From an uncultured delta proteobacterium (GTDB taxonomy: Bacteria > Myxococcota > Myxococcia > Myxococcales > Myxococcaceae), in assembly GCA_963771175.1 (NCBI GenBank), contig CAVYSY010000052.1, positions 64,001 to 128,000 on the forward strand: 64,000 bases of DNA, written 5' to 3'. This document shows, piece by piece, positions 1-9,751 of the stretch (position 1 is its first letter; each line of letters starts with the position of its first letter). Under the pieces are notes generated by a model that made no database searches, was not told the DNA's origin, and saw only the letters and a program-made list of their open reading frames with translations. The position numbers were made by a program, and so were the translations under genes.

Positions 1-1
1 C

Positions 2-319
2 CTGGAAGCCCTCACCGACATCCTCTCGGTGGAGGGGTATGAGGTGGCCACGGCCGCCAACGGGGCCGAGGGGCTCAGGCGCGCCGGCGAGGAGCACCCG
101 GACCTCATCCTCCTGGACCTGATGATGCCGGTGATGGACGGCCAGGAGATGCTGCGCCGGCTCAAGGAGAGCTCGGAGCTGCGGGGCATTCCCGTGGTGG
201 TGATGAGCGCCGGGCGCGTCACCAAGGCGGAGCTGCAGGGCAGCCGCTTCCTGGCCAAGCCCTTCGAGCTGGATGACCTGCTGGACACCGTGTCCGAGGA
301 GCTCAACCCGCAGCACTGA
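2..319 (+). CDS. Response regulator receiver domain protein (5' end outside window)
   Basis: PDLILLDLMMPVMDG phospho-acceptor motif, VVVMSA and FLAKPF; frame is open back to the window edge. Confidence 0.9.
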   Translation: MEALTDILSVEGYEVATAANGAEGLRRAGEEHPDLILLDLMMPVMDGQEMLRRLKESSELRGIPVVVMSAGRVTKAELQGSRFLAKPFELDDLLDTVSEELNPQH

Positions 320-328
320 GCGCGAGGC

Positions 329-901
329 TCAGGGGCTGCCCGAGCCTCCGGCGGCCGCGCGGAAGAGGTGCGCGCGGTAGTGGCTGAGCTCGGCGAGGCT
401 CGCGCGCAGGTCCGCCAGCGCCGTGTGCCCCGAGGTCGTCTTCTTCATCGGCGTCATGTCCGGGAACCACGAGCTGGCCAGCACCTTGAGGCTCGACACG
501 TCCACCTGCCGGTAGTGCAGGTAGCGATCGAGCATCGGCATGTACTTCACCAGGAAGCGCCGGTCCGTGTGGATGGAGTTGCCGCAGAGAATCCCCTCGC
601 CCAGCGCGCAGTGCCGCGCCACCAGCGCGGTGACGTCCCGCTCGGCCACCCGCAGCGACACCTGCGAGTCGCGCACCTTCTTCCACAGGCCGTTGCGCGA
701 GTGCATCTCCTTCACCACCGGCTCCATCCGCGCCAGCACCTCGTCCGGCTGCCAGATGACGCGCTCGATTTCCGCCTTCGGCACCAGGTCCGGGCCCGTG
801 ATGATGACGCCAATCTCGATGATGGCCGACTCGTCCGGGTCCAACCCGGTCATCTCCAGGTCGAGCCACACGAAACACTGGGGGGGCATGGGTGCTGGCA
901 T
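329..901 (-). CDS. orn: Oligoribonuclease
   Basis: VWLDLEMTGLDP, IIEIG, LCGNSIHTDRRFL, HYRQVDVSSLK and H-x-A-L-x-D DEDDh motifs; start placed at ATG 901. Confidence 0.93.
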   Translation of the reverse strand: MPAPMPPQCFVWLDLEMTGLDPDESAIIEIGVIITGPDLVPKAEIERVIWQPDEVLARMEPVVKEMHSRNGLWKKVRDSQVSLRVAERDVTALVARHCALGEGILCGNSIHTDRRFLVKYMPMLDRYLHYRQVDVSSLKVLASSWFPDMTPMKKTTSGHTALADLRASLAELSHYRAHLFRAAAGGSGSP

Positions 902-912
902 GGCCCCCCACT

Positions 913-2166
913 CTATCCCGAGTTCACTCCCCGGGGCTCGTCCTCCAGGAAGGTCCGCACGTCGATCTCCGACTCCATCGTGCGGTGCACCGGGCACCGG
1001 TCCGCCAGCTGTACCAGTCGCTGCCGCTGCTCCACGCTCAGGGGGCCCTCCAGCGTCACCGTCCGGTCAATCCGGTCCACCTTGCCCTCCTTCGTCTCGC
1101 AGTTCCGGCAGTCCTCGGCGTGCACCTTGCTGTGGCGCAGCCGCACCGCGACGTGCTCCAGCGGCCAGCCCTTGCTCCGCGCGTACATGCGCAGCGTCAT
1201 CGCCGTGCACGCCCCCAGCGCCGCCGCCAGCAGCCCGTAGGGAGAGGGGCCCGTGTCCTTGCCTCCGAAGGCCGTCGGCTCGTCGGCGCGCAGCCGGTGC
1301 CGCCCCACCCGGATGTCCTGCGAGAACGGGCCCTCTCCCGCCTCGTGGACCTCCACGAGTCCGTGCGACAGCTCCCGCTCGGACTCCCGCTGCGCCTCCA
1401 CCTCCCGCGCCCCCACGTACCTCCCCGCCCACGCCCCCAGCATCGCCGCCGCGAAGCGCGCGTCCTCCGGTCGGCTCAGGAAGTGGTCCGCGCCCTCCAG
1501 CGCCAGGATGCTCCTCGGCTGCCTCGCCGACTCGTAGAGCCGCTGCGCACTCGCCAGTCCCACCACTCCGTCCGTCGGCGCGTGGAGCACCAGCAGCGCC
1601 CGGCCCAGCCCGTGCAGCGTCTCCTGCATCCGCGGCTCGGAGAGCTCCTCCAGGAAGCGCCGGGACATGCGCAGCGCGTGCGTCCCCAGCCGCACCCGCG
1701 CCTCCCCCCGCTCCTCGGCCTGCTTCAACACCGGGGCCAGCAGCCCGTGCACGTGCGCCAGCGAGAAGGGCGCGCCGAGCGTGGCCACCGCCTTCACCTC
1801 GGGCAGCGACAGCGCCGCGCGCAGCACCGCCGTGCCTCCCAGGCTGTGGCCGATGAGCAGCCGCGGGGCCTCGTGCCAGGTCCGCAGGTGCTCCGCCGCC
1901 GCCACCACGTCCTCCACGTCCGAGAGGACGTGCGTGCTCGCGTCCTCGCCGTCCCCCGGGCTGGTGAAGTCGAAGCGCAGCACCCCCAGCCCATGCCCGG
2001 CCAGCGTCTGGCTGATGGACTCGGCCGCGAAGGGGTTGTCCCCATACGTGAAGCAGTGCGCGAACAGCACCCAGGCCACGGGCGTCCGCGCCGGGTGGTC
2101 CAGGCGCGCCTCCAGCGTGCGACCCTCGGCGCCTCGGATGACCACCTTCTCCGAACGCGTCTCCAT
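913..2166 (-). CDS. Bifunctional alpha/beta hydrolase - OsmC family protein
   Basis: LFAHCFT, LIGHSLGG nucleophile elbow, GADH; C-terminal ADEP...GPSPY..LAAALGACTAMT...CPVHRT OsmC domain; start METRSEK at 2166. Confidence 0.9.
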   Translation of the reverse strand: METRSEKVVIRGAEGRTLEARLDHPARTPVAWVLFAHCFTYGDNPFAAESISQTLAGHGLGVLRFDFTSPGDGEDASTHVLSDVEDVVAAAEHLRTWHEAPRLLIGHSLGGTAVLRAALSLPEVKAVATLGAPFSLAHVHGLLAPVLKQAEERGEARVRLGTHALRMSRRFLEELSEPRMQETLHGLGRALLVLHAPTDGVVGLASAQRLYESARQPRSILALEGADHFLSRPEDARFAAAMLGAWAGRYVGAREVEAQRESERELSHGLVEVHEAGEGPFSQDIRVGRHRLRADEPTAFGGKDTGPSPYGLLAAALGACTAMTLRMYARSKGWPLEHVAVRLRHSKVHAEDCRNCETKEGKVDRIDRTVTLEGPLSVEQRQRLVQLADRCPVHRTMESEIDVRTFLEDEPRGVNSG

Positions 2167-2212
2167 GTGCCCCACCTCGACGGGAGTGACTCCGTGCTCC
2201 GCGTTGCCCGGC

Positions 2213-3641
2213 TCAACCCTTGATGCAGGCCAGGGGCTCGAGCCTCGCCACCTTGTGCGACAGGCCCGCCACCTCCGCCGCGTCCACCACCTCCACCACG
2301 TCCTTGTAGGCCCCGGGTGCCTCCTCGGCCACGCCTCGCATCGACGGGCTGCGGATGAGGATTCCCCTCGCCGCCAGCGAGTCCACCAGCTCCCTCCCCC
2401 GCCAGTGCCGGAGCGCCTCGTGCCGGCTCTGGCTCCGCCCCGCCCCATGCGCCGAGGAGCTGAAGGCCCGCGCCTCACTCTCCTTCGTCCCCGCCAGCAC
2501 GTACGACGCCGTCCCCATGCTCCCGCCGATGAGCACCGGCTGCCCCACCTCGCGCAGCCCCTCCGGCAGCTCCGGGTGTCCCGGCCCGAAGGCCCGCGTC
2601 GCCCCCTTGCGGTGCACGAAGAGCCGACGCTTCTTCCCGTCCACCTCGTGCTCCTCCACCTTGCACGTGTTGTGGGACACGTCGAAGAGCAGCGGCAGCT
2701 CCGACACGCCCGCCACCCGCGCGAACACCTGCCGCACCAGGTGGGTGATGATTTCACGGTTCGCCAGCGCGCAGTTGATGCCCGCCCGCATCGCTCCCAG
2801 GTACTCCCGCCCCACGTCCGAGCGGATGGGCGCGCACGCCAGCTCCCGGTCCGGCAGCGTCAGCCCGTGCTTCGCGGCTTGCAGCGTCATCGCGCGCAGG
2901 TACTCGGTGCCAATCTGATGCCCCAGCCCTCGCGAGCCACAGTGGATGCTCACCACCACCTGCCCCTCGCGCAGCCCGTACGCCGCCGCCAGCCGCGCGT
3001 CCTCCACGTGCGCCACGTGCTGCACCTCGAGGTAGTGGTTGCCCGAGCCCAGCGTCCCCATCTCGTCCGCCTGCCGCTCCCGCGCCCGCCGCGACACGGA
3101 CTCGGGCCGAGCGCCCTTCATGCACCCGCCCTCCTCGATGCGCGGCAGGTCCCCCCACGCCCCGTAGCCCTGCTCCACCGCCCAGCGCGCGCCCCCGGCC
3201 AGCATCGCGTCCAGGCCCGTCATCGTCCAGATGCACCCGCCCCGTGCTCCCCACCCCCACCGGCACCTCGTAGTAGAGCGCGTCCGCCAGCGCCTCCTTC
3301 AGGGGCTCCAGCTGCTCGCGCGTGAGGGGCGTCTCCAGCAGTCGCACCCCGCACGAGATGTCGAAGCCCACCCCGCCCGCGGAGATGATGCCCTCCTCCT
3401 CGTCGAAGGCCGCCACCCCGCCAATGGGGAAGCCGTAGCCCCAGTGCGCGTCCGGCATCGCGTACGACGCCTTCACGATGCCCGGCAGGCTCGCCACGTT
3501 GCAGGCCTGCTCGTACACCTTCAGGTCCATCTCCCGCATCAGCGCCTCGGAGGCGTACACCACCGCCGGCACCCGCATGGTCCCGTGCGGCTCCACCCAC
3601 CACTCCGCGTCCGCGTGCTTGCTGACGAGTGCCAGGTCCAT
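2213..3641 (-). CDS. rtcB: RtcB family RNA ligase (one frameshift near 3220)
   Basis: [14 protein letters not shown] and GVGFDISCG in ORF 2754..3641; [43 protein letters not shown] in ORF 2213..3223. Confidence 0.92.
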
Positions 3642-3665
3642 CGCTGCTCCTCCCTCGGGCCGGCG

Positions 3666-4790
3666 TCACACGTCGACCACGCACTGCGCGTACCAACCGC
3701 CGTCCGGCTCCTGCCTCACCTCGAGCCCCGTCAGCGTCGCCGCCTTCACCTCCACCGCCGGCTCGTGCCTCGCCACGTCCACCGGCTCGCCCCACGCCAC
3801 GCCCTCGAGGTGGTCGTCCGTGAGGTGCACCTCGAAGCGGCTGAAGAGCATGCGCCGCGCCGACATCTCGTAGACGAGCGCGTTCAGCCAGTCCGCGAAG
3901 AGCAGCTCCACGTCCGGGGCCTCGCAGCGCACCTCCACCCGCTCCCGGGGGACGACTCGCGCGGGCTCCGTGACGACCGCGCAGAGCGCCACTCCCGCCC
4001 GCTCGAAGGCCTCCTCCCGCGTGCGCCCCCGGCCCCAGACTCCAATGTCCGAGCCGTGGCGCAGGTGGCCCCACATGGAGGAGGCGGATTCTCGTGGAGG
4101 CTCCACCTGCATCCTCAGGGCCTCGCCTCGAGCTTCCAACCGCGCCCCCAGGAACCTCACGAACCAGTCCCCCGCCAGCGCCGCCACCCGCTCCAGCGCC
4201 CCCCGCTCCGGGAAGAGGTGCGTGGCCCCTGGAATCACCTCCAGCGCCTTCTGCGTCCGCAGTTGGTCATAGGCCCGCTGGTTCAGCTCCAGCACCACGT
4301 CGTCCGCACCACCCACGATGAACAGCGTCGGCGCCAGCACCCGCCCGAGTGCGCCTCCCGCCATGTCCGGCCTCCCGCCGCGCGACACCACCGCTCCAAT
4401 CGCCTCCGGCCTGTCCGCCGCCGCCACCAGCGCCGCCGCCGCCCCCGTACTCGAACCGAAGTAGCCCACCCGCATCCGGCTCAGCTCCGGATGCATGAAG
4501 ACCCAGTCCGTCACCTGGCCCAGCCGCCTCGCCAGGAAGTCGATGTCGAAACGCAGCGCCCCCGTGATGTCGTCCTCCGCCTCCTCGTCCTCCGTCAGCA
4601 GGTCGAACAGCAGCGTGCCCACCCCCGCCGCCCGCAGCGAGTACGCCACGTAGCGGTTGCGGGGACTGTGCCGGCTGCTCCCACTTCCGTGCGCGAAGAT
4701 GACCAGCCCCTGGGCTCCGTCTGGAACGGCGAGCGTCCCGCCAAGCCTCGCGTTCCCCGCCAGCACCTCGACTTCCCGCTCCGCTGCCAT
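3666..4790 (-). CDS. Dienelactone-hydrolase-like alpha/beta hydrolase read in frame with an archease domain
   Basis: FAHGSGSSRHSPRN, GYFGSSTGAAAAL, VSRGGRPD, GATHLF, then HGSDIGVWGRG...LFADWLNALVY...VEVKAAT...AQCVVDV (archease); lies directly upstream of rtcB. Confidence 0.8.
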   Translation of the reverse strand: MAAEREVEVLAGNARLGGTLAVPDGAQGLVIFAHGSGSSRHSPRNRYVAYSLRAAGVGTLLFDLLTEDEEAEDDITGALRFDIDFLARRLGQVTDWVFMHPELSRMRVGYFGSSTGAAAALVAAADRPEAIGAVVSRGGRPDMAGGALGRVLAPTLFIVGGADDVVLELNQRAYDQLRTQKALEVIPGATHLFPERGALERVAALAGDWFVRFLGARLEARGEALRMQVEPPRESASSMWGHLRHGSDIGVWGRGRTREEAFERAGVALCAVVTEPARVVPRERVEVRCEAPDVELLFADWLNALVYEMSARRMLFSRFEVHLTDDHLEGVAWGEPVDVARHEPAVEVKAATLTGLEVRQEPDGGWYAQCVVDV

Positions 4791-4810
4791 GTCGCTCCTC
4801 CTCTCGCGCC

Positions 4811-5503
4811 TCAAATCCACCAGTTGTCACCGGCGTCCATCGCCGGCTCGGGGCCGCGCTCGGCCCCCCGCTCGCGCGCCCGCGCCAGCAGCTCCTGCAC
4901 CTCCGAGTCCTGCGTCTGGCTGAAGTCGTCGTAGAACTCGCCCACCGACAGCATGAACTCGGCCGGATGGACGCAGACCAGGTCGTCCACCTCGGGGCGC
5001 AGCGAGTCCAGCGACTCCACCGCCCCCACCGGCACCGCGAGGACGAGCTTCCGCGGGTGCCTCGTGCGCAGCGCCTGGATGGCCGCCCGCACCGTGCCGC
5101 CCGTGGCCACGCCGTCGTCCACCAGGAGGACCGTGCGCCCCTCGAGGTCCGGCGGCGGGTGCACCCCCCGGAAGCGCACGACGCGGGCCCCCACCTCGTC
5201 CGCCTCGCGCTCGGCCGTCTGCATCACCTCCGTCTCGGAGGCGCCCAGCGAGCGCATCAGCTCCCGGTCCAGGACGAGCGCCCCGCCCTCGGCCACCGCG
5301 CCCAGCCCCAGCTCCGGCCGCCCCGGGGCCCCCACCTTCCGCACCACCCACACGTCCAACGGAGCCCCCAGCTCCCGGGCAACCTCATAGGCCACCGGCA
5401 CCCCGCCTCGCGGCAGGCCGAGCACCAGCGGCGACTCCTCCCGGTACTTCGTCAGCAGGGCCGCCAACTCCCGGCCCGCTTCCGTCCTGTTTCGAAAGCG
5501 CAT
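4811..5503 (-). CDS. Phosphoribosyltransferase (Rv0571c/Rv2143-like)
   Basis: MRFRNRTEAGRELA, LGLPRGGVPV, VRKVGAP, PRPP-binding loop LLVDDGVATGGT, VGEFYDDFSQ. Confidence 0.9.
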   Translation of the reverse strand: MRFRNRTEAGRELAALLTKYREESPLVLGLPRGGVPVAYEVARELGAPLDVWVVRKVGAPGRPELGLGAVAEGGALVLDRELMRSLGASETEVMQTAEREADEVGARVVRFRGVHPPPDLEGRTVLLVDDGVATGGTVRAAIQALRTRHPRKLVLAVPVGAVESLDSLRPEVDDLVCVHPAEFMLSVGEFYDDFSQTQDSEVQELLARARERGAERGPEPAMDAGDNWWI

Positions 5504-5541
5504 GGGTCCTCTCTGGAGGCGAACGTCCTCCCTCCAGGAGA

Positions 5542-5557
5542 AGCACGGCGCCGGCCA
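5542..5557 (-). promoter_or_regulatory. Putative sigma54 promoter for the PRTase-hydrolase/archease-rtcB operon
   Basis: Minus strand TGGCCGGCGCCGTGCT = GG-N10-GC, about 40 bp upstream of the PRTase ATG. Confidence 0.55.
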
Positions 5558-5799
5558 TTGGCTCCCGACGCCCCACCGAGGGCCCGGCCGTTCTCTCGAC
5601 ACGGGGGGTGCGCTCCGATGGGCAGGAGGGCACGAAGAACTCCGACGAAGGGCGGGCGCACGAGGGCGCCGAACCGCTCCCGCTTGTGCGCGGGAAGTCA
5701 ATGGAGCACGCCCCCCCCATCCCACGCCCGGGCGGAATGAGGGATGATGCGGCTCCCCCCGACGCGGCCAGCCCGGCCCGACGGGACACGGAGGGCAGC

Positions 5800-6714
5800 A
5801 TGGACCTGACCGTCTTCAGCGGCACCGCCAACCGTCCGCTCGGCGAGGCGCTCGCTCGCACGCTCGAACGCCCGCTCGGGAAGTGCCACCTCGAGCGCTT
5901 CCCGGATGGCGAGATGCATGTGGAGCTCCAGGAGGACGTGCTCGGTCGGAACGTGTGCCTCATCCAGCCCACCGTGCCGCCCGTGGGAGAGAACCTGCTG
6001 GAGCTGCTGCTGATGGCGGACGCGTGCTGGCGCGGAGGCGCGGCGCGGCTGCTGGCGGTGCTGCCCTACTTCGGCTACGCGCGGCAGGACCGGCGCAAGG
6101 GGATTGGCGAGGCGCTCGGGGGCCGGCTGGTGGCGGACCTGCTGGAGCGCGGACACTTCGACCGACTCATGGCGGTGAACCTGCACACGGCCGCGCTGGA
6201 GGGCTGCTTCAACATCCCGCTGGAGCACCTCGACGCGTGCTCCCTGCTGGTCGACGCCCTGCGCCCCCACGTGGGCCCGGGCTCGGTGGTGGTGTCGCCG
6301 GACCTCGGAGCGGTGAAGCTGGCCGAGCGCTACGCGCGGCACCTCGGGCTGCCGCTGGCCATCGTCCACAAGAGCCGGGTGAGCGGCTCCGAGGTGAACG
6401 TCCAGGGACTGGTGGGCGAGGTGAAGGGACTGCGGCCCATCATCGTGGATGACCTCATCTCCACGGCGGGCACCATCGCGGCCACGGCGGAGACGGTGCT
6501 CAAGGAGGGCTGCGCCGACGACATCACCGTGGTGGCCACCCACGCCCTGCTGGTGGGCCCCGCGGTGGAGCGGCTGGCCCGGGTGCCCATCCGCCGGCTC
6601 CTCTCCACCGACAGCGTGCCGCACCGCACCGAGCTGCCCTTCAAGCACGAGGTGGTGGGCCTCGCCCCCCTGCTCGCCGGCGCCATCCGCCGCATCACCA
6701 GCAAGGGGCGCTGA
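5800..6714 (+). CDS. prs: Ribose-phosphate pyrophosphokinase
   Basis: FSGTAN, RFPDGE, PYFGYARQDR, VVSPDLGAVK, IIVDDLISTAGT, ATHALL motifs. Confidence 0.93.
   Translation: MDLTVFSGTANRPLGEALARTLERPLGKCHLERFPDGEMHVELQEDVLGRNVCLIQPTVPPVGENLLELLLMADACWRGGAARLLAVLPYFGYARQDRRKGIGEALGGRLVADLLERGHFDRLMAVNLHTAALEGCFNIPLEHLDACSLLVDALRPHVGPGSVVVSPDLGAVKLAERYARHLGLPLAIVHKSRVSGSEVNVQGLVGEVKGLRPIIVDDLISTAGTIAATAETVLKEGCADDITVVATHALLVGPAVERLARVPIRRLLSTDSVPHRTELPFKHEVVGLAPLLAGAIRRITSKGR
6543..6596 (+). repeat. 54-bp segment of prs, copy 1 of an imperfect direct repeat
   Basis: 48/54 identical to 7688..7741 by manual alignment. Confidence 0.85.
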
Positions 6715-6721
6715 CGATTCC

Positions 6722-7177
6722 TCAAGGCTCCGCCAGACAGGCCTCCTCGTAACCCCATCGCTCCTGCTCGCGACCTGAATCCAGCACCCGCTTGAGCTCA
6801 TCCCAGGAGACGGACGGAGGCACGTCGATCGCGATCAATCGGGGCAGATGGCTCTGCTCCGTCGAGCATCCCATCTGCTTGAAGAGCGCATGCACCGCGG
6901 GGACGTCGGACGGGTCATGGACGACGACACGAAGCGTACCGTGGCCCGAGGTCTGAACGACATCCTTGAAACGAAAAACTCCCTCCTCTGGGACGGCCGA
7001 GACGACATCCCCCACGGCGATTCCGAGCACGAAGAAGGGAATGTTGTCGATCTTGAAGAGCCCCTCCCCCACCGGGACGGCCCAAAGCGTTTCCGCACTG
7101 GCTGGCGGATAGCCATCCTCATCCTGCTCCAGGTCGAACAGGATTTTCACATGCTCCCCAGTCCTGGGGTCTGACAT
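6722..7177 (-). CDS. DUF4265-like protein, probable immunity protein
   Basis: ETLWA...FKIDNIPFF..GIAVGDVV...SGHGTLRV...IAIDVPP...WGYEEAC pattern; immediately downstream of an HNH gene. Confidence 0.75.
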   Translation of the reverse strand: MSDPRTGEHVKILFDLEQDEDGYPPASAETLWAVPVGEGLFKIDNIPFFVLGIAVGDVVSAVPEEGVFRFKDVVQTSGHGTLRVVVHDPSDVPAVHALFKQMGCSTEQSHLPRLIAIDVPPSVSWDELKRVLDSGREQERWGYEEACLAEP

Positions 7178-7190
7178 GGACAGGTCTCCC

Positions 7191-7628
7191 TCACTCTACC
7201 TTGTCACTCTTCTTGAGATTGCACTCCCGACACAGCACCTGGCCATTGTCAGGCTCACCCGCCCCGCCTTTCGCCTTGGGGATGATGTGATCAACCTGTG
7301 TCTCGTTCTTTGGAGGCGTGACACCTTTCTTGTGTTGCTGGGGCTGAACCGTTTCGACGCCGCAGTTCTCGCATCGAGTCTTGCCCTCGTTGCGAGAAGC
7401 GTTGTCCTGTTTGACGACTTCCTTGTCCTTCTGGGTGAACCGTGTTCCGGCTCGTTTCTTGCCGGCCACTACGTCCATTCGAGCGGCGTCCGGATCCACT
7501 TCAGGGCGGAAGCAGTCCACCAGGCGCGAAGGGGCAACAACGGACTGCTGGAGCTCGGGTCCGCTATCTGAACCGACCGCGCCAACCAGAAAAGGAACAA
7601 GCGCCAACAGGAGGTAGGGCCATCGCAT
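7191..7628 (-). CDS. HNH endonuclease with N-terminal signal-like hydrophobic segment (probable toxin)
   Basis: CENC...QVDHIIPKAKGG...NGQVLCRECN HNH/Zn motif; MRWPYLLLALVPFLVGA N-terminus; lower GC than flanks. Confidence 0.8.
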   Translation of the reverse strand: MRWPYLLLALVPFLVGAVGSDSGPELQQSVVAPSRLVDCFRPEVDPDAARMDVVAGKKRAGTRFTQKDKEVVKQDNASRNEGKTRCENCGVETVQPQQHKKGVTPPKNETQVDHIIPKAKGGAGEPDNGQVLCRECNLKKSDKVE

Positions 7629-7687
7629 GGCTGCATCTTGGGCAATAGCGGCAAGCGCCGGCAAGAGCCGCTCTGCCTCCATCACAC

Positions 7688-7741
7688 CGCCCTACTGGTG
7701 GACCTCTCGGTGGAGCGACTCGCCCGGGTGCCCATCCGCCG
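7688..7741 (+). repeat. Degenerate second copy of the prs 3' segment
   Basis: Translates ALLVDLSVERLARVPIRR versus ALLVGPAVERLARVPIRR in prs. Confidence 0.85.
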
Positions 7742-8825
7742 CGTCAACGGCAACGGGCTGACGGCATTTCACGCCGAGGATGAGTTCCCGATAGAGCGGG
7801 TTGGCCACCTCAAGGCCGCCCATCTGCGCCATGCGGACCAGCCCCAGGTCCTGGACGCTGCGCAGGTCCTCCTCGGGCACGTCGCCCAGGGCGAGACCAG
7901 CGAGAATGGGCTCAAGGATGCGTCGCATGCGTGGCTCGTGCAGGCTCTCGGCGAGGCGTCCCAGGTGGGTGTCCTGGTGGTGCAGCAGAATCTCCTTGGC
8001 GGCGTCCACATGAGCGGCGGTGAGGGGCTGGCTCCGGTCGGGCACCAGCTTCTCCACCATCTGCCGGGCCAGGGCATTGACCAGCCAGGGCTGGCCTTGC
8101 GTCCAGTAGAAGGCCCGCTCAATGGCCTCGGGGAGGAACACCTGGCCGGTGTCGGAGGTGTGCTGTTGGTAGAGTTCAGTCACCTCGTCGCGAGTGAAGT
8201 CGCGCAGGGTGAGCGACTCGACCGTGATGTTGAAGAAGCTGGCTGTGCCAGGCTGGCCGCGCTCGCCCGAGGACACCTTGTAGTCGCGCACATCGCGCAG
8301 ACCGCACAGGACAACAGAAGCAGGGAAAGCATCGGGGCGGTCGGAGAAACCGGAGCGCAACTGGCGCAGCACGCTGAGCAGGCCCTGACCGCGCAAAGCA
8401 TCAATCTCATCGAAGAAGAGCACCAGAGGCCTGGGACAAGCACGCGCCCAGGTGAAGAGAGCAGTGCCCAGGAGCGCGCTGTCAGGCGCGTTGGGGAAGG
8501 GTGGTGGGTGCAGTTCCGTGGGCAGGGAGAGCTCAGCGTTGCGGCGAATACGCGACAGGATGGCCCGCTGCGCCTCGGCGAAGTTGTCACCGGCCGCCTC
8601 TCCCTCCTCACAGGAGAAGTGAAGCGCGGCGTAGCGGCCGGAGGCGGTGAGTTCCTCGGCCAAGGCTCGCAGTGCCGTCGTCTTGCCTACTTGTCGGGGG
8701 GCGTGGAGGACGAAGTAGCTCTCCTGGGCAATGAGGGAGAGCACCTCGGGCAGACGCCGCAAGGCCGGAAGCATGTAGTTGCGGTCCGCCCGGCAAGGAC
8801 CAGCGGTGTTGAACCAACGAGGCAT
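7692..8825 (-). CDS. AAA-like P-loop ATPase, probably C-terminally truncated
   Basis: MPRWFNTAGPC, APRQVGKTT Walker A, LFFDEID Walker B, TQGQPWLVNAL, ANPLYRE; the last residues are the reverse complement of the prs duplicate. Confidence 0.75.
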   Translation of the reverse strand: MPRWFNTAGPCRADRNYMLPALRRLPEVLSLIAQESYFVLHAPRQVGKTTALRALAEELTASGRYAALHFSCEEGEAAGDNFAEAQRAILSRIRRNAELSLPTELHPPPFPNAPDSALLGTALFTWARACPRPLVLFFDEIDALRGQGLLSVLRQLRSGFSDRPDAFPASVVLCGLRDVRDYKVSSGERGQPGTASFFNITVESLTLRDFTRDEVTELYQQHTSDTGQVFLPEAIERAFYWTQGQPWLVNALARQMVEKLVPDRSQPLTAAHVDAAKEILLHHQDTHLGRLAESLHEPRMRRILEPILAGLALGDVPEEDLRSVQDLGLVRMAQMGGLEVANPLYRELILGVKCRQPVAVDAADGHPGESLHREVHQ

Positions 8826-8855
8826 GGAGAGAAGGTAACACCTCGCCGGCACCTC

Positions 8856-9551
8856 TCACACGCTCGCCCGCTCCTGCCTACGCTTCGTCATCAAGCTCTC
8901 GTACGCGAGGTACGAGAGCAGCACGAGCCCGGCGAACACCACCGTGGTGCCCACCAGCCACCGGTACGTCAGCGGCTCGCTCACGTGGCCGAGCACCGCC
9001 TCCAGCAGCGAGCGCGGCCGGTTCAGCACGTTCCAACTGTTCCACCGCTCGAAGCGGCCCAGGTAGATGCCGTAGCCGCACAGCACCGACGCGGCCAGCA
9101 CCCCGCCCCACGCCGCCACCCGCCCCCACCGCTCCTCCAGCAGCCGCTTCCACACCTCCAGCGAGAGCAGCCCCAGCAGCCACCCCGTGGCCGCGAAGCT
9201 CGCCAGCATCGCCGCGTCGAACCACATCGGCACGCCCGGCCTCGGCCGCAGGTGGATGAAGTCCGTCAGCAGGTACGGCGCGTTGGGGAACGACAGCAGC
9301 CACGCCACGCCCAGCGGCAGCAGGTTCCACCACCGCCCCCGCCCGCGCGCCTGCAGCAGGCTCGCCAGCAGCGCGAGGCCATACGGCACCCACGCGAGGA
9401 ACAGGTTCCACACCAGGAAGATGAAGCTCACCCTCCCGCTCCACTCCAGCCGCGCCTGGAGCATCACGATGGCCACCACGCTGCTCAGCAGCACCGGCGG
9501 CAACCCATGGTGGTGGAGAAAGGACAGCAGTCGGGAGTGCAGGGTCAGCAT
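8856..9551 (-). CDS. DUF1361-like membrane protein
   Basis: LVWNLFLAWVPY, FPNAPYLLTDFIHL, GIYLGRFERWNSW signature; multiple TM segments. Confidence 0.85.
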   Translation of the reverse strand: MLTLHSRLLSFLHHHGLPPVLLSSVVAIVMLQARLEWSGRVSFIFLVWNLFLAWVPYGLALLASLLQARGRGRWWNLLPLGVAWLLSFPNAPYLLTDFIHLRPRPGVPMWFDAAMLASFAATGWLLGLLSLEVWKRLLEERWGRVAAWGGVLAASVLCGYGIYLGRFERWNSWNVLNRPRSLLEAVLGHVSEPLTYRWLVGTTVVFAGLVLLSYLAYESLMTKRRQERASV

Positions 9552-9751
9552 GGTGTGCACCAGGGTGTGGCCCGAGGGCCGCGGGTGGGGCGGACTCCCC
9601 CGTGCCCCCGCGCCTCGGACTGACACGAAGACACGGCAACCGTGGTCACGGAGCGACAGGGAGACACGTTGGCGGGGCTGGAGGGCATCCACCCGGGCAA
9701 CGAAGCAAGCCCCGGGCCATTTCCCCCTTCCTCCAGGTAATCTCCCCCTCC

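Noticed and set aside
5600..5700. Possible GCGCA-N5-TGCGC sites between the PRTase and prs
   Set aside because: Only half-sites or wrong spacing; not distinguishable from GC-rich background
6722..8825. Prophage or IS element
   Set aside because: No integrase, transposase or phage structural gene anywhere in the window
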